A stretch of 31,581 nucleotides of DNA from a virus (IMGVR_UViG_3300030331_001136:1-31581), one strand, 5' to 3'; counted from the first letter of the stretch, positions 7,199-17,954 are shown. The notes: generated by a model from the sequence alone, not told the origin. Numbers and translations are program-made.

Positions 7199-10024
7199 CT
7201 ATTTTGCATTACTAAATTTAAAAGGTTGATCTGCAAAAGCCATATAGATTACAGTATGACCACTAGCGTTTACATCATTACCACTTGATGCCCTAATTTT
7301 TATGCCATTGCTAAGAAAATCTACAAAATTATAACTTGTGCTTTCTGATGATGGTTCATTTGCTACCAAATAACCTTTTATTTCGTTAAATGGAGTACGT
7401 TTATTATCAATAATAACCCATTCATATCCACTTGCAGTTATACTTTTAGCCATAAAAAATGAGGGAGAAAAACCTAGATGAATGTAAGTGCCATCTGTTG
7501 AACCATTTGGTTGATAACTGCCAAACTTAGAGTAGCCCTCAATTTCAGCAAACACAAAGGCAACATAATTATTTCCAGAAAAATTAACAGCACCTCCAGT
7601 TCCTAATGAAATAACTGAACTTGTAGGTGCAGTATCATTCCAAAAAACAGCACTATCTTGTGTGGCAAGGTTTTGATTTATATGCAAATATTCTGTTTCT
7701 GGTGCAGACGTATTTTCTCCATGATAAACTATCCAATTTCTTGTACCATTTCTTTCTTTTATTAAAATCCATTTTGGAACTTTACCTAATCCATGCCCTA
7801 TTGTTCCATTACTACCAGTACCAGTATAAGTTACAATACTAAAACCAGATGTTTCGTTGGTTTGTGATACACTTAGAATTGAGCCATCAAAGTTAGTAGA
7901 GCCATGTGTTGTGTTAGTTCGCACCTCTGCACCCATGCCAGAATGTAGCTGACAATAGTAATAGAGGTTAGCAACACCACTTGCTACTGTTATCGTGGTT
8001 AAATAATTGCTATCGTCTTTTACAACTCCAGTTGTATATTCTGAACCACCACCATGCGTTCCATTGTTTGTTAAAGAAAATCTTAATGGGTGTCCTTGTG
8101 CTGAACTGTCTGACCAATCAAAAACATATGTGCCACCCTCTTGCAAATCAAGGTCAACTCCATTTGTGCCAAATCCAGTTGTGCCATCACTTTTAAAAAA
8201 CTGATATTTATTTGCACCAGTTCCATGCCCATAATCTGTACTATCTGCAACTACTTTTACTTTATACGTCTTTGTTGGTGTTGTCCCACCTGCTTTCCAG
8301 TTCCATACTACATATGTATCACTTGAGCCATTTATTTGCCCATCAGTTCCTAATGTATAGCCATCATTTGTAAATGTTTTTTGTTTATTTGCTTGTGTAG
8401 ATTCAGCACTAGTACTATCAGATTTTAATTGTTCTGATGCACCTCTTGAACTATCAAATAATAAATGACTAACTGCATTATTTCGTTCTTTAAACCAACC
8501 CCAATCTGGTCTAAAACCAACACCAGTTACCTCCCTATCATCTGTACCATTACCAGTATAAAGAACTGTATTAAAATGGTCATCTGCTTGTTCAGATTGA
8601 TTTGGACTTATTGTAGTGTCTGGTAGGTTAGATGAGCATAGTGCAAGATAATCAGTATGACTAGATGGTAAAGCTGTATGGAAATCACCTTTGCCATTCG
8701 CATCAGTATTTCCACCTGCTGTTTCTTGCCCTGCAAAAGTGCTGTCTTGACCAAAATTGAAAGTTAATTGAGTTTGATAATTGCTTGTTCCAATAACATA
8801 ATCTGTATCTTGCATACCAGTAAAAAGTTCAAAAGGTGTGCCACCATCAACATTATACTTTATAGATGTTGTAGAACTTTCTAAATCAATAAATATTCCT
8901 ATTACTGAATTTTGCACAATATCTGGGTGACTTGTTATAGATACTGCACTTCCTGCACTAATTTTATATTCTGTTGTTCCATTTACATTTACACCATATA
9001 GATATCCTTGAGAACTTGTACTCCAACCAGAAGCTGACCAATAATAAGAATTACCACTTAATCTTCGTCTGCTTGCTTCTATTATTCCTACACTAAATGC
9101 TTTGCCACTTGGACTTTCATCTACTCTTACTTCATAATACCATTTTCCAGATGGGAGCAAAAAAGTTCCAGTTGCCATATCCCATACAGATGTGTCATAC
9201 CTTAAATTTCCCTCTGAAATAGTACCACCAGATTTATCTAAAACATTTAATGTAGAAAAATTATTTGTAGGACTATCTAGCACAACATCTGTAGAAGCTA
9301 ATCCACTTGTTGCAGTAAAATCATTCCCATTGCCACTTGTGTCATCTCCTATTGAACTGCTATCTGCAAAAGTTAATCTAAATCCGTTTGTTCCGTAAGT
9401 TAAACCAGATATTGCTTTTGGTATCCATACATCATTTTTTGTTTCACCAAAACTAGATGGTGTCAATGCTGTACCATCAATAAAATTAATTTCAGCCATA
9501 TAACCATCCAACCATTGTGTTGCAGTATAGCTTAATCTTCCAATATAAAAATTTCCTGCAAAATTAATTGCTAAATCAGAATCTTGTGCAGGTGTGGTTG
9601 AAAAAGTTAATGTTTCTTGCACACCATTTACATATATTTTTATTCTATCACTTGCAGTTGATTGTGTTGTGTCTACTGCTAAAACTATATGATACCAGTT
9701 AGTTGTATCCCTAAAAACTCTCGTTGTTGAAACTATCGCTGTGTAAACATTACTTGTTATATTTCTAAAAGTTAAAATATCACCTGCTTCAAAATGAAAC
9801 CAAAAATCATTTATACTTGTGCCTACTCCCCCACTTAATATTATTTGACTACTTCCTAAATTTGCTCTTTTTATCCAAAAACTGTAGGTGTTTGTTCTTC
9901 TATTAGATGCAGAAAAGTTTTTATATAAATCTACAGTATCTCCATCTTCAAAACGTAAAGATTGATCTATAGTTTCTGGATAAAATCCTGCACTAGCACC
10001 AAACCATTTTTCATTGCTTAACAT
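7199..10024 (-). CDS. Receptor-binding / lectin-like structural protein (LamG + SPRY-like + repeated beta domains + cupredoxin-like insert)
   Basis: WYHIVLAVDT...IYVNG (ConA/LamG), SGKWYYEV (SPRY-like), repeated YTG.G...P.W...KERN units, HPLRFS...YYYCQLHSGMG. Confidence 0.8.
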   Translation of the reverse strand: MLSNEKWFGASAGFYPETIDQSLRFEDGDTVDLYKNFSASNRRTNTYSFWIKRANLGSSQIILSGGVGTSINDFWFHFEAGDILTFRNITSNVYTAIVSTTRVFRDTTNWYHIVLAVDTTQSTASDRIKIYVNGVQETLTFSTTPAQDSDLAINFAGNFYIGRLSYTATQWLDGYMAEINFIDGTALTPSSFGETKNDVWIPKAISGLTYGTNGFRLTFADSSSIGDDTSGNGNDFTATSGLASTDVVLDSPTNNFSTLNVLDKSGGTISEGNLRYDTSVWDMATGTFLLPSGKWYYEVRVDESPSGKAFSVGIIEASRRRLSGNSYYWSASGWSTSSQGYLYGVNVNGTTEYKISAGSAVSITSHPDIVQNSVIGIFIDLESSTTSIKYNVDGGTPFELFTGMQDTDYVIGTSNYQTQLTFNFGQDSTFAGQETAGGNTDANGKGDFHTALPSSHTDYLALCSSNLPDTTISPNQSEQADDHFNTVLYTGNGTDDREVTGVGFRPDWGWFKERNNAVSHLLFDSSRGASEQLKSDSTSAESTQANKQKTFTNDGYTLGTDGQINGSSDTYVVWNWKAGGTTPTKTYKVKVVADSTDYGHGTGANKYQFFKSDGTTGFGTNGVDLDLQEGGTYVFDWSDSSAQGHPLRFSLTNNGTHGGGSEYTTGVVKDDSNYLTTITVASGVANLYYYCQLHSGMGAEVRTNTTHGSTNFDGSILSVSQTNETSGFSIVTYTGTGSNGTIGHGLGKVPKWILIKERNGTRNWIVYHGENTSAPETEYLHINQNLATQDSAVFWNDTAPTSSVISLGTGGAVNFSGNNYVAFVFAEIEGYSKFGSYQPNGSTDGTYIHLGFSPSFFMAKSITASGYEWVIIDNKRTPFNEIKGYLVANEPSSESTSYNFVDFLSNGIKIRASSGNDVNASGHTVIYMAFADQPFKFSNAK

Positions 10025-10746
10025 TAGCTAAAAGCCAACTGTGGTGTACCAAGTAAAATAGAGTTATCTGCTTTTATCATATAAGGCACAACGTCATAAG
10101 CACTATTTGCACTTGATAAAGTTAAACCACTTCCACCTACAGTTTCATAATCTGTGCCTAAAGATACTGTGCCTGCTGAACCAGAACTAGGCTGAATAAA
10201 TATCATTGCACCAGTTTGACCAACATTTGATGCTTCTGTTGAGGGATTTGATAAAGTATTTGCTCCGCTACCTAAAGTCAGAATAAAGTTTTGGTTGCTA
10301 TCAAAGTCTAAGGTTTTACTCGTAGATATTGTTGCAGTTTCAGTTGCAGTAACACTTGCATTGCCTAAAACAATTCTTCCCGTTCCATTAGGTGTTAAAT
10401 TAATATCCCCATTACTTGTACTAACAATACTATTCCCATTTACATCAAGATTCCCCCCTAATTGAGGTGTAGTATCTCCAACTACATCAGTTGCAGAATC
10501 TGACACATTAACTGTATTTGCAGTCGTGTTAAATGTTGCAAAAGTAATATCATCTGAGCCATCAAAAAATTTTAATATTGGTGCAGATGCACTTGAGGTG
10601 TCTAGCCAGAATGTGCCACTAACTGCACTTGATGGTCTTGAACTTCCAGAGTTTGATGTATTGATTGCACTCAATACTGTATTTAAATCACTCCTAAATG
10701 ATGGAAATGATTGATTTGCTATTGTAAAATCAGTTGCTTGTGCCAT
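10024..10746 (-). CDS. Tail fibre / adaptor protein
   Basis: IANQSFPSFRSDLN...SRPS...FWLDTS N-terminus and DTTPQLGGNLDVNG motif; Ser/Thr/Gly-rich. Confidence 0.75.
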   Translation of the reverse strand: MAQATDFTIANQSFPSFRSDLNTVLSAINTSNSGSSRPSSAVSGTFWLDTSSASAPILKFFDGSDDITFATFNTTANTVNVSDSATDVVGDTTPQLGGNLDVNGNSIVSTSNGDINLTPNGTGRIVLGNASVTATETATISTSKTLDFDSNQNFILTLGSGANTLSNPSTEASNVGQTGAMIFIQPSSGSAGTVSLGTDYETVGGSGLTLSSANSAYDVVPYMIKADNSILLGTPQLAFS

Positions 10747-10763
10747 AATTATTTATACTCCTT

Positions 10764-13700
10764 TTATGTTCCTTTTGCAATAAAATCAAATGTTCTTCCT
10801 ACTCCATTGTCTGAACTATTTAAAAATTGCACATTAAATCCATTTACAGTTTTATTTGTTACATTAAAATAATCGCCAGTATTTAAAGTTTGTCCAGTAA
10901 TACCTACTGCATAATTAGTATTTAAAAATGGATTAATAAATGTAATTGCTTTTGTTCCAGTAGAATTAGAATAACTTTCATATGGCAATAATGTATTTGA
11001 TTGTGTAACTTGCGCTCCCCATAAATAAACACTTCCAGCACTTGTCCCAGAGTTTACATCTGGATAAATATAAAATAACCCAGTACCAGTAAAACTGTAT
11101 GTTCCTATAAATGAACATCTGTACCAACCATCTGTACCAACTGCTGAAATAGTAGTAGTTACATTAGTTACCCCTGCAGTAGTATAAGTTCCAGCAACAG
11201 TTCCATTTGATAAATTATAAATAGTTCTACTATATTGGCTCAAACCAGATTGTCCATACAACAATGAAACATTATTATTTGTATTTGCTTTTGCATAACA
11301 TGAAACAGCATATGTTCCTAAGTCATTATGATTATTAAATTTGTAAACTGCTCTATATGATACTGCTGTTTTTGCTACTAAATCTGCTGTAACTTGACTA
11401 TTTATAGGATTCGCAATTTGATTTGCTGTAACTGTTATATTTACTCCACTTCCATTATCTGACCAACTATCAAATGCTTCTGAATCTGGAACTTGATTGC
11501 TCCAACTATGAATATCATTATCACTAAATATTCTATCTTGCATATCAATAGAAACACTAACTTCTGATACTACTGGTGTGCTTGCATTATCTCTTGAAAT
11601 TAACACAACCCTAAATTTAAAATATCTTGCTTCATATTCACCAATAACAAAACCTCTAAAATCTGTAAATGTGCTGTTATCATCACTTGTTGCTATCTCT
11701 AAATGTGCATTACAATTAGCGGGGGTATCTCCATCAAAATTAGAACTGGCATCATCAAAATTACCACTTCTTGCATCGAATAAATCATCGGGGTTATCTG
11801 ATGTTTGTGTTAAAGAAGCTGTTATTCTTGCTGTATGTTTTGCCCCAATGTCAATAACATTAGCAAACTCATAATTTCCCGATGAAACAAAATCTGCATT
11901 AGAAGCACCACTATCAAAAAATCTTACTGTTTCGTCATCAAAATTACCACTAGCACTATCAAATAATTCTGATGAATCTAGTTCTATTGCATTATCTAAC
12001 ACAACAACATTTGTTTTTGTTCCGCTAAATGATGGGTGTTCTGATTGTGTGGTTATTTGATTAAAATTTAATGTGCTAGTTACATTTGATATAATCGCTG
12101 TTGCATTTGAACTAAAATTTCCAAGTTTATCAACTGCTTTTATAAGATAAGTTCCTTGTCTTGCGGGAACTGTTACTGATGTGGCTGGTCTTGACACCTT
12201 TTCAACCAAAGCAACAGAATTTTGCCAATCTGCTGTACCATCTGTTTCTTCTGAAAATCTAACATTGTAAAAAGCTAAATCTAAATCGCCTACAGCTTCC
12301 CATGATAAATGAACTTCTTGTCCACTTACATTAGCTGAAAAATCCGTAACATCTGAAGGCGGGGCTATTGCACCAACTATTGTTCTTTGTGCTGAAACAT
12401 ATGTTGAAGATACTCCAATTGTGTTTACAGCCTTAACCCTTACATCATAAGTTTGCTGGTCAATTACATTTAAAACCCGATGATTTAAACCCGAACCTTG
12501 TGCATAAATAATAAAATTACTATCGGAACTAAGTTTGTATTCAACTTGGTAGAAATCTATAAAATTATCTGTACTTGCCCCAATTGCTATATCTAAAGCA
12601 ACAATAACAGTTCCGTCATTATACTCTATTAACTGGTCTGATAATGTAACACTTGCTGGGGGTTGAACTGTAAAAACATTTGGCAAGGTTGTAGTTGGAA
12701 TTGTTGCAACTTCTTGTTGTGTTCCAAAAGTATAAAAACTATCTTGATGTTCTGAACATTGTAAACTAACAGTATGGTCGGGATTTATAGAAAGACCTTG
12801 AACCCTAAATGCTTTTGCTGAAAATGCTGGTGTTGCATGAGTGATATTAACCAAATCACCAATAGCCAAATCAAGGGCTGTAGCGTCTGCTGTGAGGGAT
12901 ATATCTAAACTTGACCTAGACCGCCTTAAAATGATTTCTGCCATCTCTTGGGCTTGATATGGGCTTGTAAACATAGAAAAATCAAACCTACCTTCTAAAA
13001 GTAAACCTCCATCTGCTGTTTTCATTGTTGAATGTTGGTCGGCACTAGCCAAACCAGTTTCATCTACTGGTGGAAATTGTGCTGTGTCTGATTGAAAATT
13101 TTTATCGGGATTTATAAAACTTACAATAACCCTGTTATATCTTGAGTTTTTATTTTTACTTTGTACCGATATACCTCCAATAATATTATCTTCTGTTAAT
13201 GTTATTGAAGCTGAACCTGTTGTTTCTACTAAAATATTATATTTACCCGCAGAAAAATTTAAATAAGACCTTGAACCTCTAATAAAATCTCTAACATTAT
13301 CAATAGCTTTTTTTGAAGTATCGACAACTGTATGGCTATCCATCAAATCAATCTGACTTGCCCCACTAAAAGGGGTTATATTGGTATCACAAACATCACC
13401 CGCAACTTGCCAATCTGCAAAATTGGTATCAAAATAACTGTTTGCTATTCCCATACCAAATCTATCATTCCGCAAGTAATCTAATAATTGATATATTGGA
13501 TTATCGGAATATTCCCATGTTGTGCTTGTGTCGGCTCTATGGCTTCCGCTTCCGCCTGTTACTGTGCTATCAAGATTTGGATTATAAACTTTTTTACCTT
13601 GCACTATAGCTTGAACAGTTGGTAATGAACCAAACTTATCTTGATTCCATTCAAATCTTAATGCTAAGTATGCCAAACCTCTTAATCTATGGTTGCTTGT

Positions 13701-14189
13701 CCATGAAGATAAAGTTGACAATAATGTTGAAGCATTTTGACTATCAGTTCCAAAATGTGCTTCTACAGTTATTAAACTACTTCCCGAATAAAAATTAGCA
13801 TCACTACTTGCTACAGTTCTTTGAGTTCCATCGGTTAATACACCATTTAAAGTAACTGTATTATCATTTATTATTAATGATGAAACAGCATTTATCTCGC
13901 CTTCACTCAATACTAAAGCCATGTAAAGATATTGATTATCTGTTCCCGATGTTTCTAAAAAAACAATGTTTCCACCTACTTTTCTTGTTCCGTAAATTAT
14001 AGGAATATGTGCATTTGCATTTATTTTATTGACCAAAACACCCCTAGCATTTTGTTCTTGTAAATTTTCCCCAAAGTCGGGAATATCGGGCATGGGAACA
14101 AGCCACCCTATTACATCTTCAACAACGTCTACAACAACATCTACAACATCTTCTATTACATCGACTATCGCTTCAAATGGATTACACAT
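10764..14189 (-). CDS. Tail tip / host-specificity protein (lambda J-like) with FN3 domains
   Basis: IPIIYGTRKVGG, LRGLAY, DNP...LDYLRNDRFG and FN3-like YDVRVKAVN motifs; position after the distal tail genes. Confidence 0.85.
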   Translation of the reverse strand: MCNPFEAIVDVIEDVVDVVVDVVEDVIGWLVPMPDIPDFGENLQEQNARGVLVNKINANAHIPIIYGTRKVGGNIVFLETSGTDNQYLYMALVLSEGEINAVSSLIINDNTVTLNGVLTDGTQRTVASSDANFYSGSSLITVEAHFGTDSQNASTLLSTLSSWTSNHRLRGLAYLALRFEWNQDKFGSLPTVQAIVQGKKVYNPNLDSTVTGGSGSHRADTSTTWEYSDNPIYQLLDYLRNDRFGMGIANSYFDTNFADWQVAGDVCDTNITPFSGASQIDLMDSHTVVDTSKKAIDNVRDFIRGSRSYLNFSAGKYNILVETTGSASITLTEDNIIGGISVQSKNKNSRYNRVIVSFINPDKNFQSDTAQFPPVDETGLASADQHSTMKTADGGLLLEGRFDFSMFTSPYQAQEMAEIILRRSRSSLDISLTADATALDLAIGDLVNITHATPAFSAKAFRVQGLSINPDHTVSLQCSEHQDSFYTFGTQQEVATIPTTTLPNVFTVQPPASVTLSDQLIEYNDGTVIVALDIAIGASTDNFIDFYQVEYKLSSDSNFIIYAQGSGLNHRVLNVIDQQTYDVRVKAVNTIGVSSTYVSAQRTIVGAIAPPSDVTDFSANVSGQEVHLSWEAVGDLDLAFYNVRFSEETDGTADWQNSVALVEKVSRPATSVTVPARQGTYLIKAVDKLGNFSSNATAIISNVTSTLNFNQITTQSEHPSFSGTKTNVVVLDNAIELDSSELFDSASGNFDDETVRFFDSGASNADFVSSGNYEFANVIDIGAKHTARITASLTQTSDNPDDLFDARSGNFDDASSNFDGDTPANCNAHLEIATSDDNSTFTDFRGFVIGEYEARYFKFRVVLISRDNASTPVVSEVSVSIDMQDRIFSDNDIHSWSNQVPDSEAFDSWSDNGSGVNITVTANQIANPINSQVTADLVAKTAVSYRAVYKFNNHNDLGTYAVSCYAKANTNNNVSLLYGQSGLSQYSRTIYNLSNGTVAGTYTTAGVTNVTTTISAVGTDGWYRCSFIGTYSFTGTGLFYIYPDVNSGTSAGSVYLWGAQVTQSNTLLPYESYSNSTGTKAITFINPFLNTNYAVGITGQTLNTGDYFNVTNKTVNGFNVQFLNSSDNGVGRTFDFIAKGT
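11752..11951. repeat. 17-bp direct repeat inside the tail tip gene
   Basis: tcatcaaaattaccact at 11752-11768 and 11935-11951, encoding SGNFDD twice. Confidence 0.7.
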
Positions 14190-14629
14190 TAATTATATCT
14201 CCAATTTGAACCAAGATTTTTAAATCCAAGTTTGTTAAATACTGGGTCAATATTTAAACCGCTAGTTACAGGTAAATACATCGGTAAATTATCTGAAACT
14301 TTTTTTATAGCTTCAAATAATGCTGTTACTAATTTAAAATTTCGGTAATTCTTTTTAATATAAATTGTATGTATATGAATACATTCACTTTTACTAAACC
14401 AATATTCTGTTTTATTAAAAATTGCACAACCCAAAATGTCATCTAAATCTAAATCCTTTAAAAGAATAACTTTGCCTTTTACTAACATAACATTTATAAA
14501 ATTTTCTAATTTTTTATCATCAACTTCGGGATAATCTAAATTTTGCAAATCTTCATCTTTAAAGGTTTTAAGTAAATCGCAAACAATTTGAACATCTTTT
14601 TTTTCTGCATTGTATAAATGTATACTCAT
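14189..14629 (-). CDS. GNAT-fold acetyltransferase-like protein
   Basis: IHTIYIKKNYRN (motif A-like) and FNKLGFK; probable start MSIHL at 14629. Confidence 0.65.
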   Translation of the reverse strand: MSIHLYNAEKKDVQIVCDLLKTFKDEDLQNLDYPEVDDKKLENFINVMLVKGKVILLKDLDLDDILGCAIFNKTEYWFSKSECIHIHTIYIKKNYRNFKLVTALFEAIKKVSDNLPMYLPVTSGLNIDPVFNKLGFKNLGSNWRYN

Positions 14630-15192
14630 AATCTGCCCCACTTAATATCACGAACAGTTAATGCAGAAAATTCCATTCCTTTGTCACCGCTGAAAAATCT
14701 TTGTTGTGAATTATCAGTTGTTGTTCTTCCATTTGTTTTAGAAAAGTTTCCCCAATGTGATGTTGCTGTAAGATTTAATGTTGCTTTTTGTGTGTTATCA
14801 CTAATTTTAAAACTATCTATTGTGCCATAAAATAATAAAAAAGGGTCTGCTATTAGAGAAAAATTTGTATCAAAAAACCCTCTATACACATAAACATTAT
14901 CATTTATAATATTTTCATTTAATGCACCAGCTATATAAGTTTGGTCAACACCCGATAAACTTACAATCAAAGAATTTTTTGTTGGATTGTTTGTTTCGCT
15001 TACAGTTGTAATATTTCTCAAATGTCCATTTGCTGAATATGTTCTTGAAGAACCCGAAATACTAGAAACAACATCAAAACTAGCATTTGTTAAATATACT
15101 GGTGTTGAAAAACCAAGTTCAATTAACAAAACAGGGTCAATATTCCCCGTTGCTAATTCTGTTTTTACTGCACTTGATAGACCTCTAGCCAT
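14626..15192 (-). CDS. Minor tail / baseplate hub protein
   Basis: Between Dit-like and J-like genes; SLSGVD and TTDNSQQRFFSGDKGMEF...WG motifs. Confidence 0.7.
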   Translation of the reverse strand: MARGLSSAVKTELATGNIDPVLLIELGFSTPVYLTNASFDVVSSISGSSRTYSANGHLRNITTVSETNNPTKNSLIVSLSGVDQTYIAGALNENIINDNVYVYRGFFDTNFSLIADPFLLFYGTIDSFKISDNTQKATLNLTATSHWGNFSKTNGRTTTDNSQQRFFSGDKGMEFSALTVRDIKWGRL

Positions 15193-15196
15193 GTCT

Positions 15197-15232
15197 TATC
15201 CAGGAATTTTATCTAATAAAATCAATGACTTA
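15197..15232 (-). promoter_or_regulatory. IHF-box + TTCCWGGATA module, copy C (inverted)
   Basis: Minus strand taagtcattgattttattagataaaattcctggata; AATCAATGACTTA at 15220-15232 is a perfect WATCAANNNNTTR. Confidence 0.7.
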
Positions 15233-15240
15233 CACCTATT

Positions 15241-15849
15241 TTATAAACTTTCTCTAACATCAAATTCATAAGAAAAAAGTAAATTACCATCTTTATCATT
15301 TGAACTTGTGCTAAATTCTTGAACATCACTTGTAAGATAAACTTTAAATGGCACACTATCATAAGTCACCGCACTATTGTCCGCTAATGCTTCCCTAAGG
15401 GGTGGTTCTATTGTTACTGTTGCAGAATTGCTTGATGAAGTTACGTCTTCAACAACCATATAAACTTTATCATGTGCAAATTTAATAAAATCTCCAGCTT
15501 TCAATCTTCCAGCACCATCACTAGCAAAACCATCTATAGCTATTGTTGTATCTGCAACAGCATGACTTCCATTGACAAGTAATGTGCCAGTTTCATTTCC
15601 TAAAGCATTGAAATAGCTGGGAAAAGTAACTGTAAAATCTTCTTTTCTTGACCTTTGCTTCATAATAAAAGCCTGTATCGGGGCAAAATCTGCCCGTGTC
15701 ATTGGCTGATATTGTATTGTAAAACTAAAATGCTGACCTTGAACTTGCCTTCTAAAAGTCTTGCCACTATCTGTTTCACTAAACAAAGTTTTTTGATTAC
15801 TTTTAAGATTAATCGCTGTAAAATCTGTGTTTGGTAATGCCCCACTCAT
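15241..15849 (-). CDS. Distal tail protein
   Basis: Directly after the tape measure gene; LKAGDFIKF...VYMV...IEPPLR pattern. Confidence 0.7.
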   Translation of the reverse strand: MSGALPNTDFTAINLKSNQKTLFSETDSGKTFRRQVQGQHFSFTIQYQPMTRADFAPIQAFIMKQRSRKEDFTVTFPSYFNALGNETGTLLVNGSHAVADTTIAIDGFASDGAGRLKAGDFIKFAHDKVYMVVEDVTSSSNSATVTIEPPLREALADNSAVTYDSVPFKVYLTSDVQEFSTSSNDKDGNLLFSYEFDVRESL

Positions 15850-17954
15850 ACTATCGCCATTTTACCTTTTTCATTAACTGCACTATTTATTAAATTTATT
15901 ATTGTACCCCTACTATTTACCAGTAATTCATTAAAACCTCTAGCATCTACAGTATTTATATTAAAATTTACTGTAACGGGCTGACTTACTGAATTTAACT
16001 TGCTGTTTGGTATAACTGTACTTGGGGCATCGGGAACAACCATTTCTGCACCAGCTTCACCTACCATGTAAGGCTCACCCCTGTTCATTCTACCGCCAAG
16101 CCTTCTTCCTTGATATTTTGTTTTAGCAATCGTGGCTATTTGAACCGCACCTAAAGCACCTATTGCAATGGCTAATGGTATATTCGGCAATGCTTTAGCA
16201 ACACCTCTAGCTGTGGACATTATAGCTTCTGCCAAATTAAAAGCCTTGTTTAATTTAAATGCTTTTTCATTATGTCTTGCCATTTCGGCTAATGCTTCCC
16301 TTCCAACCTTAACTGCTAAATCAGTTTTTTGTTCACCTGTTAATTTTTCAACATTTATTTCACCAGCCCTACCAGCTTTTAATAATTGCATAGTTTGTGA
16401 CATAACTTGTTTTTGAATTTCTAATTCTTTTCGTGCTGTATCGTGTGCAAGTTGTATTTTTTTATCTGCTCTTATTCTATCAAGTTCAGCTTGTAATTCA
16501 TCATTCTCCATTATTGATTTAATTTTGTCATTATGAAGCTGAGTCATAATATCCATTTCAAGTTTTGCCATTTGTTTTACAGCATCTAATTTTTCTTCAT
16601 CTATTAATGCTTGTGGCTTGACACTTGGTAAACTGGCATCAATTCCTAAAGCTGTTCCATCTGTGGGTTTTGGTTTTGCATTTTTTAAAGCATCAAGGGC
16701 TTTTGCTTGTAAAATAATTGCATCTGTATGTTTGCCCGTTTCAACAATTATTCTTTTAATTCCAGCTTCTTCCATAGCACGGGCTGTTTCAGCATCTTTT
16801 ATTTTTTGAATTTGTAAGTCTATAAATTTCACTTGGTTTTTTAAAGTATTGCTTACAACATTTCCGCTTTTTGCTAATTGTTCATCTAATAATTTTTTTC
16901 TTCTTAACAAATCATTTAAGGTATTTGTAGGTTTTACACCTTTTGCCATTGCATCATTCATCAATAAAATAGCTGTGGAAATACCAACAAAAGCCCCAAT
17001 AATTGATGTTCTTGCAACTGTTCCAAAAGCTAGTAAAGCTATCCTTGCTTTTCCTATCGCTACTGCTAAATTAAGAAAAGCGGTTGCAATTTTACCGACT
17101 ACTATCGCTATACCAAGTGCCTTTAATATTTCAAAGTTATCTTTAATAAATCTTACTGCTTCACCAGCTTTTATAACTGCTGTGGATAAACCTTCACCAA
17201 TAGATTTCGCAATGTCATCAATAGTTTTTTGATTGTCTTCAAGGGCTTTATCTAATGCCCCAAATTCTCTTTTTAATCCTACAAAGAATTGTTCAGCCAC
17301 AACTTTTTGAAAGTTAAAGAATTTATCGCCAATCATTGAAAGTCTGCCTTCTAATGTATTGGCTAAATCACTTGTAGCGTTTGCAAACCTACCATTTGCA
17401 CCAAAAACCCTTCTAAATGCTTCGGCTGTTTCTTCTGCTGTAACTGTTGCACCAGCTTTAAATCCAAGTAAATCCCTAACACCTCTTTCACGAAAAATAT
17501 CTGCACTTGCTACACCAGCAGAAAAAGACCTTTGAATTTGTTCTGCTGTAGTTCTAAAATCTAAACCAGTAACAGAAGCAACCCTTCCAGTAATCTGAAG
17601 CATTTCTTGTAGTTCTTCTGCATTTTTACTTACAACAGCTAGATTACCCGCACCCTGTTGGATTTGTTGTAAACTAAAAGGTACTTTAGAAGCAAACTTT
17701 GCCATGACATCAAAAGCCTTTGCACCTTCATCTACACTTCCAAATAAAAATTTTAATCTGATTTGTAAAGATTCGACTTGTTTTCCAACATCGACAAAAG
17801 ATTTGATTGCTACCCCAGCACCCAAACCTATAAGTGCATTTCGCAAATTAAATACTGCATTTTTCATTTTGTCGACATTCGTTGTCGCACTTTGCATAGC
17901 TTGTCGGGTTTTATCCTTCGCTATGATGTCAATATTTACTTGTTTACTTGCCAT
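15846..17954 (-). CDS. Tape measure protein
   Basis: 702 aa, Ala-rich helical; FASKVPFSL tape-measure domain and C-terminal GG...YMVGEAGAEM..P. Confidence 0.92.
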   Translation of the reverse strand: MASKQVNIDIIAKDKTRQAMQSATTNVDKMKNAVFNLRNALIGLGAGVAIKSFVDVGKQVESLQIRLKFLFGSVDEGAKAFDVMAKFASKVPFSLQQIQQGAGNLAVVSKNAEELQEMLQITGRVASVTGLDFRTTAEQIQRSFSAGVASADIFRERGVRDLLGFKAGATVTAEETAEAFRRVFGANGRFANATSDLANTLEGRLSMIGDKFFNFQKVVAEQFFVGLKREFGALDKALEDNQKTIDDIAKSIGEGLSTAVIKAGEAVRFIKDNFEILKALGIAIVVGKIATAFLNLAVAIGKARIALLAFGTVARTSIIGAFVGISTAILLMNDAMAKGVKPTNTLNDLLRRKKLLDEQLAKSGNVVSNTLKNQVKFIDLQIQKIKDAETARAMEEAGIKRIIVETGKHTDAIILQAKALDALKNAKPKPTDGTALGIDASLPSVKPQALIDEEKLDAVKQMAKLEMDIMTQLHNDKIKSIMENDELQAELDRIRADKKIQLAHDTARKELEIQKQVMSQTMQLLKAGRAGEINVEKLTGEQKTDLAVKVGREALAEMARHNEKAFKLNKAFNLAEAIMSTARGVAKALPNIPLAIAIGALGAVQIATIAKTKYQGRRLGGRMNRGEPYMVGEAGAEMVVPDAPSTVIPNSKLNSVSQPVTVNFNINTVDARGFNELLVNSRGTIINLINSAVNEKGKMAIV

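Noticed and set aside
7199-14189. Diversity-generating retroelement or invertible tail cassette
   Set aside because: No reverse transcriptase or invertase, and no long template/variable repeat pair; the 17-bp repeat reflects a peptide repeat.
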